The notes under the pieces are model-generated. The model did no database searches, had not been told where the DNA came from, and saw only the letters and a program-made list of their open reading frames with translations. Position numbers and translations under genes: made by a program. A DNA stretch of 64,000 nt from Chlamydiales bacterium (GTDB lineage: Bacteria > Chlamydiota > Chlamydiia > Chlamydiales > JAAKFR01): NCBI GenBank assembly GCA_020831465.1, contig JAFIGI010000030.1, forward strand, positions 11,891 to 75,890, read 5' to 3'. Each line of letters starts with the position of its first letter. Positions within the stretch are counted from its first letter, which is position 1. Of this stretch, positions 18,754-29,044 are shown piece by piece.

Positions 18754-19006
18754 ATCCTTATTTTACTATTAATGTGGAAATAGTGTCGATACATAGGTTG
18801 ATAACGGGTTGATAACTTTGTCGAAAACTGCCCCCTGTTGATGAAGGGAGCGTTATGTTAAAGGGATCAACAGAGTGTAAACAAGGCTTTCCTCCCTCAA
18901 GAAGCAAGGTTTATCAACATTCCCACAACACTCTATGAAGAAGAAGGCTAAATAGACCTATATTCTCCTTTTCCGCAATTGAGGGATGCCTGTATAAGTT
19001 AAGGTT

Positions 19007-19687
19007 ATGCACGATTACGGCCCCTCGTTATTCTTCGATCTCGCCTATTTTAAACACGCCTCCATCTTCGATGTGGAGGCTCCCGTTTGGGAAGCGCTTA
19101 AAAAAATCGGAGACTATCTCATTACGTGCCCTCTGGGAAAAATCGAGGGGTTCGTCGAAACCGGCGCCTTTTTGATTAATCCCGAGAAAATTTCGATAGG
19201 GAAAGGGACGATTGTAGAGGCCGGAGCGTATATCAAGGGTCCCTGCATAATCGGTGAAAAATGCGAAATCCGGCACGGAGCATATATCCGCGGAAATCTG
19301 ATCGCCGGGAACGGATGCATAATCGGCCATGCCACCGAAGTCAAAAACGCCATCTTTCTTGACAAGGCCAAAGCGGGGCACTTTGCCTATGTGGGTGATT
19401 CAATTTTAGGGAATAGGGCAAATCTCGGTGCCGGAACCAAGTGTGCCAACCTCCGTTTTGACGGGAAAACCGTTCCAATAATCGATGGGGAAAAAAGATT
19501 TGATAGCGGCCTCAGGAAGTTCGGGGCGATTTTTGGAGACGGCGCACAAACGGGATGCAATTCCGTGACCAATCCCGGGACACTCATGGGACCAGCAAGC
19601 GCCCTTGGGCCTTGCGCTGCTATACGCGGGGTGGTCCCAAAAAGTTGTGTTGTGAAAGCTCCCGAGAATGTTATGATGGTTCACTGA
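19007..19687 (+). CDS. Hexapeptide-repeat (left-handed beta-helix) transferase, GlmU C-terminal-like
   Basis: 226 aa with repeated [LIV]-G-x4 hexads (GAYIKGPCIIGEKCEIRHGAYIRGNLIAGNGCIIGHATEVKN...GDSILGNRANLGAGT). Confidence 0.7.
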   Translation: MHDYGPSLFFDLAYFKHASIFDVEAPVWEALKKIGDYLITCPLGKIEGFVETGAFLINPEKISIGKGTIVEAGAYIKGPCIIGEKCEIRHGAYIRGNLIAGNGCIIGHATEVKNAIFLDKAKAGHFAYVGDSILGNRANLGAGTKCANLRFDGKTVPIIDGEKRFDSGLRKFGAIFGDGAQTGCNSVTNPGTLMGPASALGPCAAIRGVVPKSCVVKAPENVMMVH

Positions 19688-20550
19688 TGGAATCATTCAC
19701 CGAAATTTTAGCCCGTTATCAACATCCTATTAATGAGGCTCTTTTCGAGAGCGTCTCTACGTTCGGCCCTAAAACCCTTTTGCGCGACGCGATCGAATAT
19801 GCCTTCAAAAACGGAGGAAAGCGCTTTCGTCCCACAATCGTCCATATTGTCGCCGACTCTCTTGACCGTAGATGGGATGTGACCGATGCGGCTTTGGCTG
19901 TGGAATATTTTCACACAGCATCTTTGATAGCGGACGACCTCCCCTGCATGGATGATGACGATATGCGGCGTGAAAGCCCCTCCGTTCATAAAGCCTATGG
20001 GGAAGCGACGGCAATCCTTGCCACCTACGCGCTGATCGCTGCCGGATATGATCGGATCCGCCTAAACGGCCAAAAGCTCAACCAAGAGCATTTAATCCCC
20101 CTTGCCCTTGAAAACGTGGCCTTCAATACAGGAATTTTTGGGGCAACCGGTGGGCAGTACTGCGATCTCTTTCCCTCGGAACTCAGCGAGGCTGCTGTTT
20201 TAGAGATAATCGATAAAAAAACGGGAACTCTCTTCGAGATCTCGTTTGTTTTCGGCTGGCTTTTCGGGGGGGGAGACCCCGGCCTTCTCGAATGGGTCAA
20301 ACGGGCAGCCCGTCATTTCGGAAGGGCCTTTCAGATTAGCGACGATTTTCTCGACATCCGCCAAGATGAGGGCAAAGTCAACTTTCCGGGTGTGGTGGGG
20401 TGTGAAAAAGCTCTCCGCCTCCTCTCAGAGGAGCTTAGCGCAGTCAAGGTTGCATTAAAAAAGCTCCGGCTCGATTCGCCGGAGCTCCTATCGCTCATCG
20501 CTCTAATCGAAAATCGCGTCGCTCAAACGCCCACAGGCTCTTTCTTCTGA
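19687..20550 (+). CDS. Polyprenyl diphosphate synthase (FPP/GGPP synthase family)
   Basis: The track ORF is trimmed to ATG 19687, which overlaps the upstream TGA by 1 nt. First Asp-rich motif is [15 protein letters not shown] and the second is QISDDFLD. Confidence 0.88.
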   Translation: MESFTEILARYQHPINEALFESVSTFGPKTLLRDAIEYAFKNGGKRFRPTIVHIVADSLDRRWDVTDAALAVEYFHTASLIADDLPCMDDDDMRRESPSVHKAYGEATAILATYALIAAGYDRIRLNGQKLNQEHLIPLALENVAFNTGIFGATGGQYCDLFPSELSEAAVLEIIDKKTGTLFEISFVFGWLFGGGDPGLLEWVKRAARHFGRAFQISDDFLDIRQDEGKVNFPGVVGCEKALRLLSEELSAVKVALKKLRLDSPELLSLIALIENRVAQTPTGSFF

Positions 20551-21605
20551 GCCATCTCGGCCGCTTTTTTATCTGCCGCCGCTTTAGCCGCCTCTTGTGG
20601 AGGGAGCATGCCGTAGCAGGCTAGAACCTTTCTTTCGATCTCCGAGCAGAGCTGGGGGTTTTTCTTCAACTCCTCTCGCGCCGCATCGCGCCCCTGCCCT
20701 AAGCGGTTGTTATCATAGCTGTACCAAGCCCCCTTCTTGTCCACAATTCCTTTCTCGGCCGCCAGGTCTAGGACCGTCCCTTCATAAGAGATTCCTTCGT
20801 TGAAGAGAATATCGAACTCGGCCGTGCGGAAAGGAGGTGCCAGCTTGTTTTTCGCGACTTTCACCTTCACGCGGTTCCCCATGTCATCAGTGGAGTCGCT
20901 TCCTTTAATCCCTCCGATGCGGCGGATATCGAGGCGGACCGAGGAGTAAAACTTGAGCGCACGGCCCCCGGTCGTCGTTTCGGGATTGCCGAACATCACG
21001 CCGATTTTCTCCCTTATCTGGTTGATGAAAATGGCGCAGGTTTTTGAGCGTGAAAGAGTGGCTGTTAGTTTGCGCAGAGCTTGAGACATCATACGGGCTT
21101 GTAGGCCGACATGCGTATCGCCCATCTCCCCTTCAAGCTCGCTTTTAGGTACAAGAGCGGCAACAGAGTCGACGACAATCAGGTCGACGGCACCCGAGCG
21201 GGCAAGCATCTCAGCGATATTGAGGGCATCCTCTCCGCAATCGGGTTGGGAGATCATCAGCTCATTTATATTGACGCCGATCCGCGCGGCATAAGCCGGA
21301 TCAAGAGCGTGCTCCGCGTCGATATAGGCGCACAAGCCACCCTTTTTTTGGGCGTTTGCGACGATGTGGGTCGCCAGCGTCGATTTACCTGAGGACTCGG
21401 GGCCATAGACTTCGATAACTCTTCCTCGTGGAACGCCTCCGATTCCGAGAGCGATATCCAGAGTGAGGGCTCCTGTGCGGATAACGGAGATTTCTCGAGT
21501 TGCCGAATGTTTGCCGAGGGTCATGATCGAGCCTTCGCCAAACTGCTTTTCGATGTGTGCGACGGCAGCTTCGAGCGCCTTTTTTCGTTCATCAGAAGAT
21601 TCCAT
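20523..21605 (-). CDS. recA: Recombinase RecA
   Basis: 360 aa with Walker [12 protein letters not shown] and a typical RecA core ([17 protein letters not shown]). Its 3' end overlaps the convergent polyprenyl synthase gene by 28 nt. Confidence 0.97.
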   Translation of the reverse strand: MESSDERKKALEAAVAHIEKQFGEGSIMTLGKHSATREISVIRTGALTLDIALGIGGVPRGRVIEVYGPESSGKSTLATHIVANAQKKGGLCAYIDAEHALDPAYAARIGVNINELMISQPDCGEDALNIAEMLARSGAVDLIVVDSVAALVPKSELEGEMGDTHVGLQARMMSQALRKLTATLSRSKTCAIFINQIREKIGVMFGNPETTTGGRALKFYSSVRLDIRRIGGIKGSDSTDDMGNRVKVKVAKNKLAPPFRTAEFDILFNEGISYEGTVLDLAAEKGIVDKKGAWYSYDNNRLGQGRDAAREELKKNPQLCSEIERKVLACYGMLPPQEAAKAAADKKAAEMAQKKEPVGV

Positions 21606-21748
21606 AATTTAACTCCTCTTTGGTTTTTGGCGGATGATAGCAAAAGCGGAAAATAGTCTTAAGGAAATTCGATCTAGAAAATATTTAAAAATTAGCTTAG
21701 GGTTTTAGTTTTTTTAGTTTTCGTTTAAAATATTAGGTTGCTTTTAGT

Positions 21749-22339
21749 GTGAGGAGTAGTTTGCGTTCAAAAGAAATAGAACCTATTTTAAATTCAGTTC
21801 AAAATGAGGGTTCCTGCTGTCAAAAATCTGTGAATCATATCCAAAGAGCGATGGTGATCGTTGCGATCGCCTGTTCGGTTATTTCCCTAATTCCACCCAT
21901 AAGCTGGCACGCCAGCCTTTCCCTTCATCTTGCAGCATGTCTCATCATTTCGACTCAATGTGTCAACAGTGCCGATAAAAATGAGAAGCTGCTTCCGCTC
22001 TTGATAATGCGGCTTGCCTTCGAGGTTTTAGGATTAGCCGGAATAGGAATAGGGTGTGATCCTTTTGTTGTCATTTCACTGGCTGCCGATATCGGTTTTC
22101 AATTCGTTGAGTTGGGAATAGGGATCAAACAAAAAGACTCGATTAAATCATTAGCCGCTTTCAATTTCATTCTGATCGACGCATTAGCAATAGCCGGGAT
22201 TGCTTCGGGAATATGGCCTCTGCTCGCCGTAGCGGGAGTCGTGAATGCGATTGCGATGTCAGCCTTTGGGATAAAAGCTTGCGTTGAAGGAGCTCTCAAA
22301 AAAGATCCCGAAGTCTTTTGGCAGGCGCTCGCAGTTTAA
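21749..22339 (+). CDS. Hypothetical multi-pass membrane protein (possibly Inc-like)
   Basis: 196 aa with a GTG start. Paired hydrophobic helices near the N-terminus (AMVIVAIACSVISLIPPISWHASLSLHLAACLIIS) are followed by further Gly/Ala/Ile-rich helices. Confidence 0.5.
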   Translation: MRSSLRSKEIEPILNSVQNEGSCCQKSVNHIQRAMVIVAIACSVISLIPPISWHASLSLHLAACLIISTQCVNSADKNEKLLPLLIMRLAFEVLGLAGIGIGCDPFVVISLAADIGFQFVELGIGIKQKDSIKSLAAFNFILIDALAIAGIASGIWPLLAVAGVVNAIAMSAFGIKACVEGALKKDPEVFWQALAV

Positions 22340-22357
22340 AACTCAGCTGATAGCCGA

Positions 22358-22993
22358 TTAAAAAAGGGCGACGTGTGTTAGAGGAATATCAGTCGGTTCG
22401 GTAGGTAGAGAGTCGATTAGCTGCTCTTTAAAGCCAATCCCAATCACCGGACAGTTGAGAGTGGAAAGAAAACGGTCGTAATACCCTTTCCCATATCCGA
22501 TCCGATGGTTGGCGCGGTCAAAGCCTAATGCAGGGACGAGCGCAATTTCGATTTTAGATGCTTCTTCGCATTTTGAGGGGATCGGTTCGTAAAGACCAAA
22601 GGCTCCTTTCTTAAGTTGATCCTGCAAACTTCTCACATGATAGATTTTAAGAGAGCCCTTTTCTGTTTTGGGAAGAAGGAGCTTGCTCTTCGAAGCTAAA
22701 AAGAGGTTTAGCCGTGAGGTATCAATTTCCGTTGTAAGGCTTGCGAAAGAGAGCACAGAGCTATAGGAGGCGAGAAAAGGAAGGAGGGTATCGCGGAGGT
22801 CTTGGGCAGCCTCTTCGCGCCGAAAGTGCGAAAGTCCGGCGCGAATCTTTTTCAGCTCTTCCCGCAGAGTCTTTTTACTCGATCGGTTTTCCGTCTTGAT
22901 AATAGACCTTCCTTGAAAAAGTTCCTTCAGGGGTAAAAAGTGTTGCAATCCCGCTCCCCCTTTCAATTTTGGAAACCGGAACACTCTCGCCAA
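22358..22993 (-). CDS. ygfA: 5-formyltetrahydrofolate cyclo-ligase
   Basis: LREELKKIR near the N-terminus and ALVPALGFDRANHRIGYGKGYYDRFL near the C-terminus. The start is uncertain: TTG 22993 overlaps the upstream gene by ~118 nt, and a later GTG or TTG is possible. Confidence 0.8.
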   Translation of the reverse strand: MARVFRFPKLKGGAGLQHFLPLKELFQGRSIIKTENRSSKKTLREELKKIRAGLSHFRREEAAQDLRDTLLPFLASYSSVLSFASLTTEIDTSRLNLFLASKSKLLLPKTEKGSLKIYHVRSLQDQLKKGAFGLYEPIPSKCEEASKIEIALVPALGFDRANHRIGYGKGYYDRFLSTLNCPVIGIGFKEQLIDSLPTEPTDIPLTHVALF

Positions 22994-24143
22994 GGCGATA
23001 GTATTCCCCTTTCAAAAGCTTGTCATTGTCGTACTCTTCGACAAGCATAAGGGCGCCATTTCGGTACCAGCCGGTGAGAAGCCCATTTTTTTTGTTGGCG
23101 CTGATCTCGCGTTGGCTTTCGGGGTTGCCGTTCTCATACCATGTTTTGATGCATCCCTGCAAAACTCCATCGTTCCAGGAGAGAAGGAGTTTGGTTTGGG
23201 TGGTATTAGGAAAATAATCGATCTCTTCACCATGTTTAACGCTGTTTTTCACATGGTAAACGCGGATTAGCTGCTCCAATTCATCGAAAACGCGCACTTC
23301 GCCCTCTTGGATGCCGTTCTCGTACTCCTGCAGCTCCTGCAGCTCGTTTTTCCCGAAAACGGCACGCACTCCTTTTCCGCCCCGAATTTCAGAGACCTTC
23401 CTCCCATATGCATCGAAGTATTGGGCCTCCATCAGAAGGTCATCAGTATACTCTTCTTGATAAGCGACTTGCATGCTTCCCCAATAACGCACGGAAAAGC
23501 CTTCTTTTTTGCCGCTTCTATAATCGACTGTTTGAAAAGGGGTGCCATTATCGAGAAAGATTTGTTGAGTTCCGTGGAGAAGCCCATTATAGTAGGGTGT
23601 AACTTTCCAAACGGATCCGTTATCGTGGTAGTATAGGGCTTGCCCGTGAAGCTCACCTCTATAGTAGGGAATTTCAGCGATCAAAATACCATCTTCATTC
23701 CATACGCGGTTGCGCCCTTCGAAAAGCCAGCTCTGCTCTGCACTCGTATTTAAATCGGCGTTTCCGCCAATCACCCAAGCATCGATTTTAAGCTGGCCGT
23801 TTGGAAACCATTCGCGGTAGCCTCCAAAAGCGCGGTTGTTTAGGGCGTCGAGATATTGCTTGGGCTGTCCATTGGGGTGATAGCTTGTAATACAGGAGCG
23901 AACATCCCCTTTTTTATTTCTTCCAAAGACACGGAGGACTTTTTGGTAGGGTTGCGGTGAGAGAAAGTCGGTTTTCTCAAATGCGCTCAAGCGCTCTTTT
24001 GAGCTGATTGTCTCGGACATTCCGTTGCGATCAATGATGTTGATGCTCGTCATTTTGTTCGGGTCTGCTTTCACTCTACAAAATCCGGTTCCGCAGAGGG
24101 AAAGGGCGATGCAGAGAGCAAGAGTAGAGAGCTTTAGGTTCAT
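22875..24143 (-). CDS. MORN-variant (YwqK-like) repeat lipoprotein
   Basis: 422 aa. Signal/lipobox-like MNLKLSTLALCIALSLCGTGFC, then many repeats of the Y..NG.....Y.NG..HG type. Confidence 0.65.
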   Translation of the reverse strand: MNLKLSTLALCIALSLCGTGFCRVKADPNKMTSINIIDRNGMSETISSKERLSAFEKTDFLSPQPYQKVLRVFGRNKKGDVRSCITSYHPNGQPKQYLDALNNRAFGGYREWFPNGQLKIDAWVIGGNADLNTSAEQSWLFEGRNRVWNEDGILIAEIPYYRGELHGQALYYHDNGSVWKVTPYYNGLLHGTQQIFLDNGTPFQTVDYRSGKKEGFSVRYWGSMQVAYQEEYTDDLLMEAQYFDAYGRKVSEIRGGKGVRAVFGKNELQELQEYENGIQEGEVRVFDELEQLIRVYHVKNSVKHGEEIDYFPNTTQTKLLLSWNDGVLQGCIKTWYENGNPESQREISANKKNGLLTGWYRNGALMLVEEYDNDKLLKGEYYRLGESVPVSKIERGSGIATLFTPEGTFSRKVYYQDGKPIE

Positions 24144-24754
24144 TGGACGAACTCACGTTTTAAAAGTTTTAAATTAAGCTCGAAAACTTGATTTCCATTC
24201 GGGTGTGCTTTTTTGTTTAACTTGAAATCCGTGATCAGGAGGAGCGGTTTGCCCGGACGGTTTCCTTCAATGCGTGCTAAAATTTCTTTGAGATCGGATG
24301 TGTCGACTTCCACGGGGTGGGCTTGAATTTCGGCCGTCTCTTGCACCCCCTCCCATGAATGGACTGATCCCTCAGTAAACCTGAGTCGGTTGGCCTCTCC
24401 CAAAAGAAAAGCATAGCGTCTCTCGGCCCCCTCGTTGCCCGTGAAAGAGGGGGTTTGAATCAAGTTCTCGAGCGCTTCGCGCTCTTTTTTCAAAAAGAGT
24501 AGCGGCTCTATCTCGTTGTCAAGGTAGAGATAGTCGGCATCTCTATATTTTTTCCGCACAGCTTTGTTGAGCGACTGTTTACGCGCTTTTTGTTCGGATA
24601 GGTTGTGGACCTCTATAATTCGGTCAGCTACCGCATTCCATTCATTTTTCTCTCTTGTGTATAAATAACCTGTGAAAAAGAGCGGAAGGATTCCCGTCAG
24701 GACGATGTAGAGAACAAGGCGTGAGAAGGGGATGGAGTGAGCGAATTTCTTCAT
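24140..24754 (-). CDS. Hypothetical N-terminally anchored protein (GspM-like topology)
   Basis: 204 aa with a single N-terminal TM (LVLYIVLTGILPLFFTGYLY). Coupled to both neighbouring genes by 1- to 4-nt overlaps. Confidence 0.5.
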   Translation of the reverse strand: MKKFAHSIPFSRLVLYIVLTGILPLFFTGYLYTREKNEWNAVADRIIEVHNLSEQKARKQSLNKAVRKKYRDADYLYLDNEIEPLLFLKKEREALENLIQTPSFTGNEGAERRYAFLLGEANRLRFTEGSVHSWEGVQETAEIQAHPVEVDTSDLKEILARIEGNRPGKPLLLITDFKLNKKAHPNGNQVFELNLKLLKREFVQ

Positions 24755-26139
24755 CAGGTATACCGCGTTTTGTCTTTTAAATAAAAGGTGGTCCTATAGC
24801 GCCCTTTCATGGTCGTCCATTGAACCTCTTCTTTTGGGTCGACGAATTTACTAGGGGAGAGAAGCAGGTCGTGAAAGGCGTTGGCGGCCCGGATATCTCT
24901 TGCTGAAAACTCCAGCTCGACCTTGACCTTGTAGCGCTCATTTTTGTGTGAGAAATCGGGACGTTTTACCATTGCGTAATTCATCGATTCAACTTCGATC
25001 GATTGTTGATCGGAAAGCCAGGCTAAGAGCTCCCTCACTTTTGGAACACCGGGAAGAAGCGCGTAGATATCGGGCCGGGATCCCACCTCTTTTTCAAGTT
25101 GATTCAAGGAGAGCAGATAGTCGATAGGGGCTTTAGGCGCTTCTTCCCGGTTAAAGAGCTTTCCTTCCCCTTCAAGCAGAGAGAAGTAGGCGCGCTCAAC
25201 AGCCTCTTTTTGTTGTTTAAGAGCGATTTGTCCGAATCCAAATAGCGAGCCGACGAGAATAGCGGAGAGAGCGAGGTATGCCAGCAGCGGTTTTTTCACG
25301 CGGCGCCAACGGTGCGGATAGGCGAATTCGCCCTGCCTAAAATCGAGCCCCTCTCCTGCAAGCGCGGCTCCGATTGAAAGCCCATAGCGAACGAGCTCTT
25401 CTTCCGAAAGGGAGAGAGTTGAGGTTGAGGGGAATAAAACTGTTTTTCCCGTTGCCTTTTGAATCTCGTCATTCTCTTTGCCAAGCAAAAGAATCGTTTC
25501 AAACTCCTTTGTCTTATGCGAGGAGGAGAAACTGAGAATGGTTTTCTCGACTTCTCTTCCTAATTCGCATTTCTTATCGAAGGCGCGTGCCGCTAGAAGT
25601 TTTCCTTTTTCGACCAAAATACATGTGACCTCCTCTTCTCCTTCATGGACGAGAAATTGCGGAGAGGCGGTTTGTGGAAAAAGGGTTGTTAAGGCAGCCA
25701 AGGCATAAGGCGCGCAAGTCACGATTTCAGGCTCGACTCCTTTTTCATGGAGAGATTCCAATCGAGCTTGAAGATGATCCTTACGGACAGCAAAAGCGGT
25801 TAAGAGCGTGCGATCGGGTTTTTTTTCTATTGTCTGTGCTTGAATTACCGCTTTTTCCGCTGAGTAGGGAAGCTGGGGTTCGAGTTGAAAGGCTAGGGCC
25901 GCTTTGATGTCCTTTTCATTTTTGATCTGAAGTTCACAAGAGCGCACAAGCGTCTCTCGAGAAGAGATCGGGGCGACGCTCATCCCGATGTCAAGCGGAT
26001 TGACAAGTTCTTCGGGTAGATAGGTTTTCAAACCCGCCACTTCCCAGCCTTTGCGTGTTTTACGCATGCGTGCGATATGCACTGAGCTGCCGTTGACGTC
26101 GATTCCGGCGTATAGAGGAGAAGAGGGTAAAAAAGACAT
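24754..26139 (-). CDS. PilM/GspL-like bitopic protein (actin-like N-terminal domain, one TM, C-terminal domain)
   Basis: 461 aa. The N-terminus YAGIDVNGSSVHIARM resembles the PilM/FtsA-type phosphate-1 motif. A single TM (LLAYLALSAILVGSLFGFGQIAL) lies ~170 aa from the C-terminus. Confidence 0.4.
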   Translation of the reverse strand: MSFLPSSPLYAGIDVNGSSVHIARMRKTRKGWEVAGLKTYLPEELVNPLDIGMSVAPISSRETLVRSCELQIKNEKDIKAALAFQLEPQLPYSAEKAVIQAQTIEKKPDRTLLTAFAVRKDHLQARLESLHEKGVEPEIVTCAPYALAALTTLFPQTASPQFLVHEGEEEVTCILVEKGKLLAARAFDKKCELGREVEKTILSFSSSHKTKEFETILLLGKENDEIQKATGKTVLFPSTSTLSLSEEELVRYGLSIGAALAGEGLDFRQGEFAYPHRWRRVKKPLLAYLALSAILVGSLFGFGQIALKQQKEAVERAYFSLLEGEGKLFNREEAPKAPIDYLLSLNQLEKEVGSRPDIYALLPGVPKVRELLAWLSDQQSIEVESMNYAMVKRPDFSHKNERYKVKVELEFSARDIRAANAFHDLLLSPSKFVDPKEEVQWTTMKGRYRTTFYLKDKTRYT

Positions 26140-26258
26140 ACTAAATCAAATAAATTGTGATGTTTGAGGAAGGATTATAAACTAACAAATACGATTTTTC
26201 AACTGGAAAAGAATGGGAAGATCTGTATAATTGAAGAGAATTTCTTTGAGAATTACTC

Positions 26259-26507
26259 GTGCTGCTCTATTTCTTAAACATTCTTTTTACATCCTATACC
26301 TTCATGCTCCTTACGCGGGTGATCGGCTCGTGGTTTCCGCGCTTTGCCCAGAGCCGGTTTATGCAATTCATCGCCTTTTATACCGACCCCTATCTAAATA
26401 TTTTTCGACGAATCATTCCTCCGCTAGGGATGCTCGATATTAGCCCCATGGTCGCCTTTTTTGCCCTCCAGATGATCCAAGGGGTACTATTTACAATGCT
26501 GCGATGA
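26259..26507 (+). CDS. yggT: YggT-family membrane protein
   Basis: 82 aa with LTRVIGSWFP ... PYLNIFRRIIPPLGMLDISPMVAFFALQ. Confidence 0.75.
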   Translation: MLLYFLNILFTSYTFMLLTRVIGSWFPRFAQSRFMQFIAFYTDPYLNIFRRIIPPLGMLDISPMVAFFALQMIQGVLFTMLR

Positions 26508-27445
26508 AAGATTTTCCTAAAATAGTATACGCTCCCCTGGCCGGTTGCTCCGATTATCCCTTTAGAAGGATGTCTGCACGTTATCTTCCCGACCTGATGT
26601 TTTGCGAAATGGTCAAGATGGAACCCCTTCTGCGCAACCTCCCAGGCACCTACAGGATGCTCGATTATACGGACGAGATGCGTCCAATTGGGGGGCAGAT
26701 TTGTGGAAGCGATCCCAAGCTAGCCGGACCCGCAGCCAAAATTATTGAAGACCTCGGGTTTGATGTTGTCGATCTCAACTGCGGCTGTCCCGTCGACAAG
26801 GTAACGAAAGATGGCAGCGGGTCGGCGATGCTTAAAGATCCTGGGAGGATCGGTGAGATTATCTCGAACATGGTTGCTGCCGTCAAAATCCCTGTTACCC
26901 TAAAAGTGCGTGTCGGTTGGGATGAGAAGAGTATCAATGCTGAAGCAGTCACCCAAATCGCTGAGAGAGCGGGGGCGCAAACTATATATGTTCATGGAAG
27001 AACCCGCGAGCAGGCCTACCGCGGGCCGGCTAATTGGGCTCACATCAAGGCATGCAAAGAAGCGGCACGGAAGATCAAAGTGATTGGGAACGGCGATATC
27101 TTTAGCGCCGAGGCGGCGCTACGCATCCTAGACGAGACCGGCTGCGACGGTGTATTAGTTGCGAGAGGCACGATGGGACAGCCCTGGATTGCAGAGGATA
27201 TCCGTCGTGCTTTAAAGAGCGAATCTCCCCTAGAGCATTCGCCTGAGGAATATAGACAAGCTCTTCTCGATCATTTCACCTTCTCAAAGCAGTATAAGTC
27301 CGAGCATGGCGCGCTTATCGATATGCGCAGAGTCTGCTGTTGGTATTTAAAAGACCTTCCAGGCGTTCGCGAGTTGCGAAAGAAAGTCAGTCATGCTACT
27401 TCTTTAGATGAAGTGTATGAATTGATACTCGCATTTTCATGGTAA
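26504..27445 (+). CDS. dus: tRNA-dihydrouridine synthase
   Basis: 313 aa with APLAGCSDYPFR, DLNCGCPVDKVTKDGSGSAML and HGRTREQ. Confidence 0.9.
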   Translation: MKDFPKIVYAPLAGCSDYPFRRMSARYLPDLMFCEMVKMEPLLRNLPGTYRMLDYTDEMRPIGGQICGSDPKLAGPAAKIIEDLGFDVVDLNCGCPVDKVTKDGSGSAMLKDPGRIGEIISNMVAAVKIPVTLKVRVGWDEKSINAEAVTQIAERAGAQTIYVHGRTREQAYRGPANWAHIKACKEAARKIKVIGNGDIFSAEAALRILDETGCDGVLVARGTMGQPWIAEDIRRALKSESPLEHSPEEYRQALLDHFTFSKQYKSEHGALIDMRRVCCWYLKDLPGVRELRKKVSHATSLDEVYELILAFSW

Positions 27446-27711
27446 AAGAATTGCATGCGATTATTCGCGGGCGCGTTCAAGGAGTCGGATTTCGGTGGAC
27501 GGTCGTCGATTACGCCGAGAGCCACCGGCTGACTGGAACGACGAAAAACTTGCCTGACGGGACGGTTGAAATCTATGCCCAAGGCCCCAAAGAATCTTTG
27601 GAGGCCCTTCTTGAGGACTTAAAAAATGATTCCGGTTTTGCGCGGATCGAATCGATAAAATCAGAGTATAGAGACCCCAGCAGATCCTTCAAGGGATTTA
27701 AGATCATCTAG
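27439..27711 (+). CDS. acyP: Acylphosphatase
   Basis: 90 aa with IRGRVQGVGFRW and GTTKNLPDGTVEIYAQG. Confidence 0.9.
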   Translation: MVKELHAIIRGRVQGVGFRWTVVDYAESHRLTGTTKNLPDGTVEIYAQGPKESLEALLEDLKNDSGFARIESIKSEYRDPSRSFKGFKII

Positions 27712-27780
27712 TCTGAAGTTCGCTTTTTTTCTTTACAAATCACACCTATCATTATATTTATTGAGATCTCTTAGTGTTAC

Positions 27781-28731
27781 ATGGACGATTCAATGAAGAA
27801 GATATTTTTGCTTGCTCTGCTTTCAGTTTCGACTTTGTTTGCGCAGACCGCTCCCTTTGGGTCTCAGAGCGACCTGACGGCCGACTTATCAGATGCAGTC
27901 CTTAACGGCATCTACCATCATCGATTAAGTGCTACACGCTATCAGAGTGAAAGAAGCGTGTGGATCGAAGGTTTTGGAAGCTATCGGAAGAGAAAATCCT
28001 GTGGGGAACGCAGTCGTTATGAAAACGGATTCGGGGGAATTCTGGGAGGGGTGAATTACGCGCTCTCATGCGATGCCTATCTCAACTTTTTCATCGGAGG
28101 TTCCTGGGGAGGGATCAACATCGCAGAAGAATCGAATTTTGATACCAATAGCATTTTCTTCGGAACAACATGGGAGCGTATTTGCGACGGCAGCTTTTAT
28201 GGGTTCGCGTTTTTAGCGGGCTATTTGAAAGAAGAACGCCGTTTTCGGGACGTTCATGAAGAACCTCGTGGTGTATTTCTCTCACCAGAAATTACTTACG
28301 CCCGTCAATTGGACTATTTTTGCGGACACCCGATTTTCACCTCCACCCTGCGTTATGCCGGCTTCTTTCCACGCGACTATCAGTATCGAGAGATTGGCGG
28401 CACCCTATATGTCCGGGAGCGCTCCGTCCAGCTTTTCACTTTACGCGGGGAGCTTGCCTTTCCTCTTTGCTTATGCGAAAGAATTTTCGAACCCTATATA
28501 GGTGCAGCCGGACGCTTTCAATTCGACGGGAACCGTGTCAAAGGACAACTTCTTCTCGATCAAGTGCGTTTTTCCGACGGAATTGACAACATTATTGTTT
28601 ATGGTTTGGGTGGAGTACGCTTTTCCAAGCAATGGAATTGCATTGATTTGCAAGCGAACGTCGAGGGGAGCTACGACAGCGATTTGAGCTGGAGGATTCT
28701 TGGGGAGCTTAGCTTGAATTATAGGTATTGA
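27781..28731 (+). CDS. Outer-membrane beta-barrel protein (autotransporter beta-domain-like)
   Basis: 316 aa. Signal peptide KKIFLLALLSVSTLFAQ, alternating aromatic/Gly beta-strand pattern (WIEGFGSY, GFGGILGGVNYAL), and aromatic C-terminus LSLNYRY. Confidence 0.6.
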   Translation: MDDSMKKIFLLALLSVSTLFAQTAPFGSQSDLTADLSDAVLNGIYHHRLSATRYQSERSVWIEGFGSYRKRKSCGERSRYENGFGGILGGVNYALSCDAYLNFFIGGSWGGINIAEESNFDTNSIFFGTTWERICDGSFYGFAFLAGYLKEERRFRDVHEEPRGVFLSPEITYARQLDYFCGHPIFTSTLRYAGFFPRDYQYREIGGTLYVRERSVQLFTLRGELAFPLCLCERIFEPYIGAAGRFQFDGNRVKGQLLLDQVRFSDGIDNIIVYGLGGVRFSKQWNCIDLQANVEGSYDSDLSWRILGELSLNYRY

Positions 28732-29044
28732 TTATGAGGCTAAGATATATTTTTTTAACGGTTGCGGAAAATACTTCCCAAGACCTGCTGCCTAAACTCC
28801 TCTGAATGCAAAGAAGACTTTAATGTTGAGACGAGCTTTGACCCGCAAAAGGCATGAGAGTTCTTCAAGAAGAGGAAATGGTTGGAAATTAGTGTTTTGC
28901 CATGAAGAAAAAAATTAAAGATGGTATGCTTTTTATCATGAAATCAAGCAACTTCTTTTTTTCTCGATTCGTCTATTTTTGGTGCATCTAGCGCCAAATT
29001 CCTCTATTCTATTCCTTTTTATTAATTTTTTTAGGAAAAAATAA

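Noticed and set aside
28732-29044. Possible T-box, attenuator or Trp-leader peptide upstream of tyrP-tyrP-trpS
   Set aside because: I found no T-box consensus, no Trp-rich leader ORF (the small ORFs there have 0-1 Trp) and no convincing terminator/antiterminator pair. The long leader is noted only under the operon finding.
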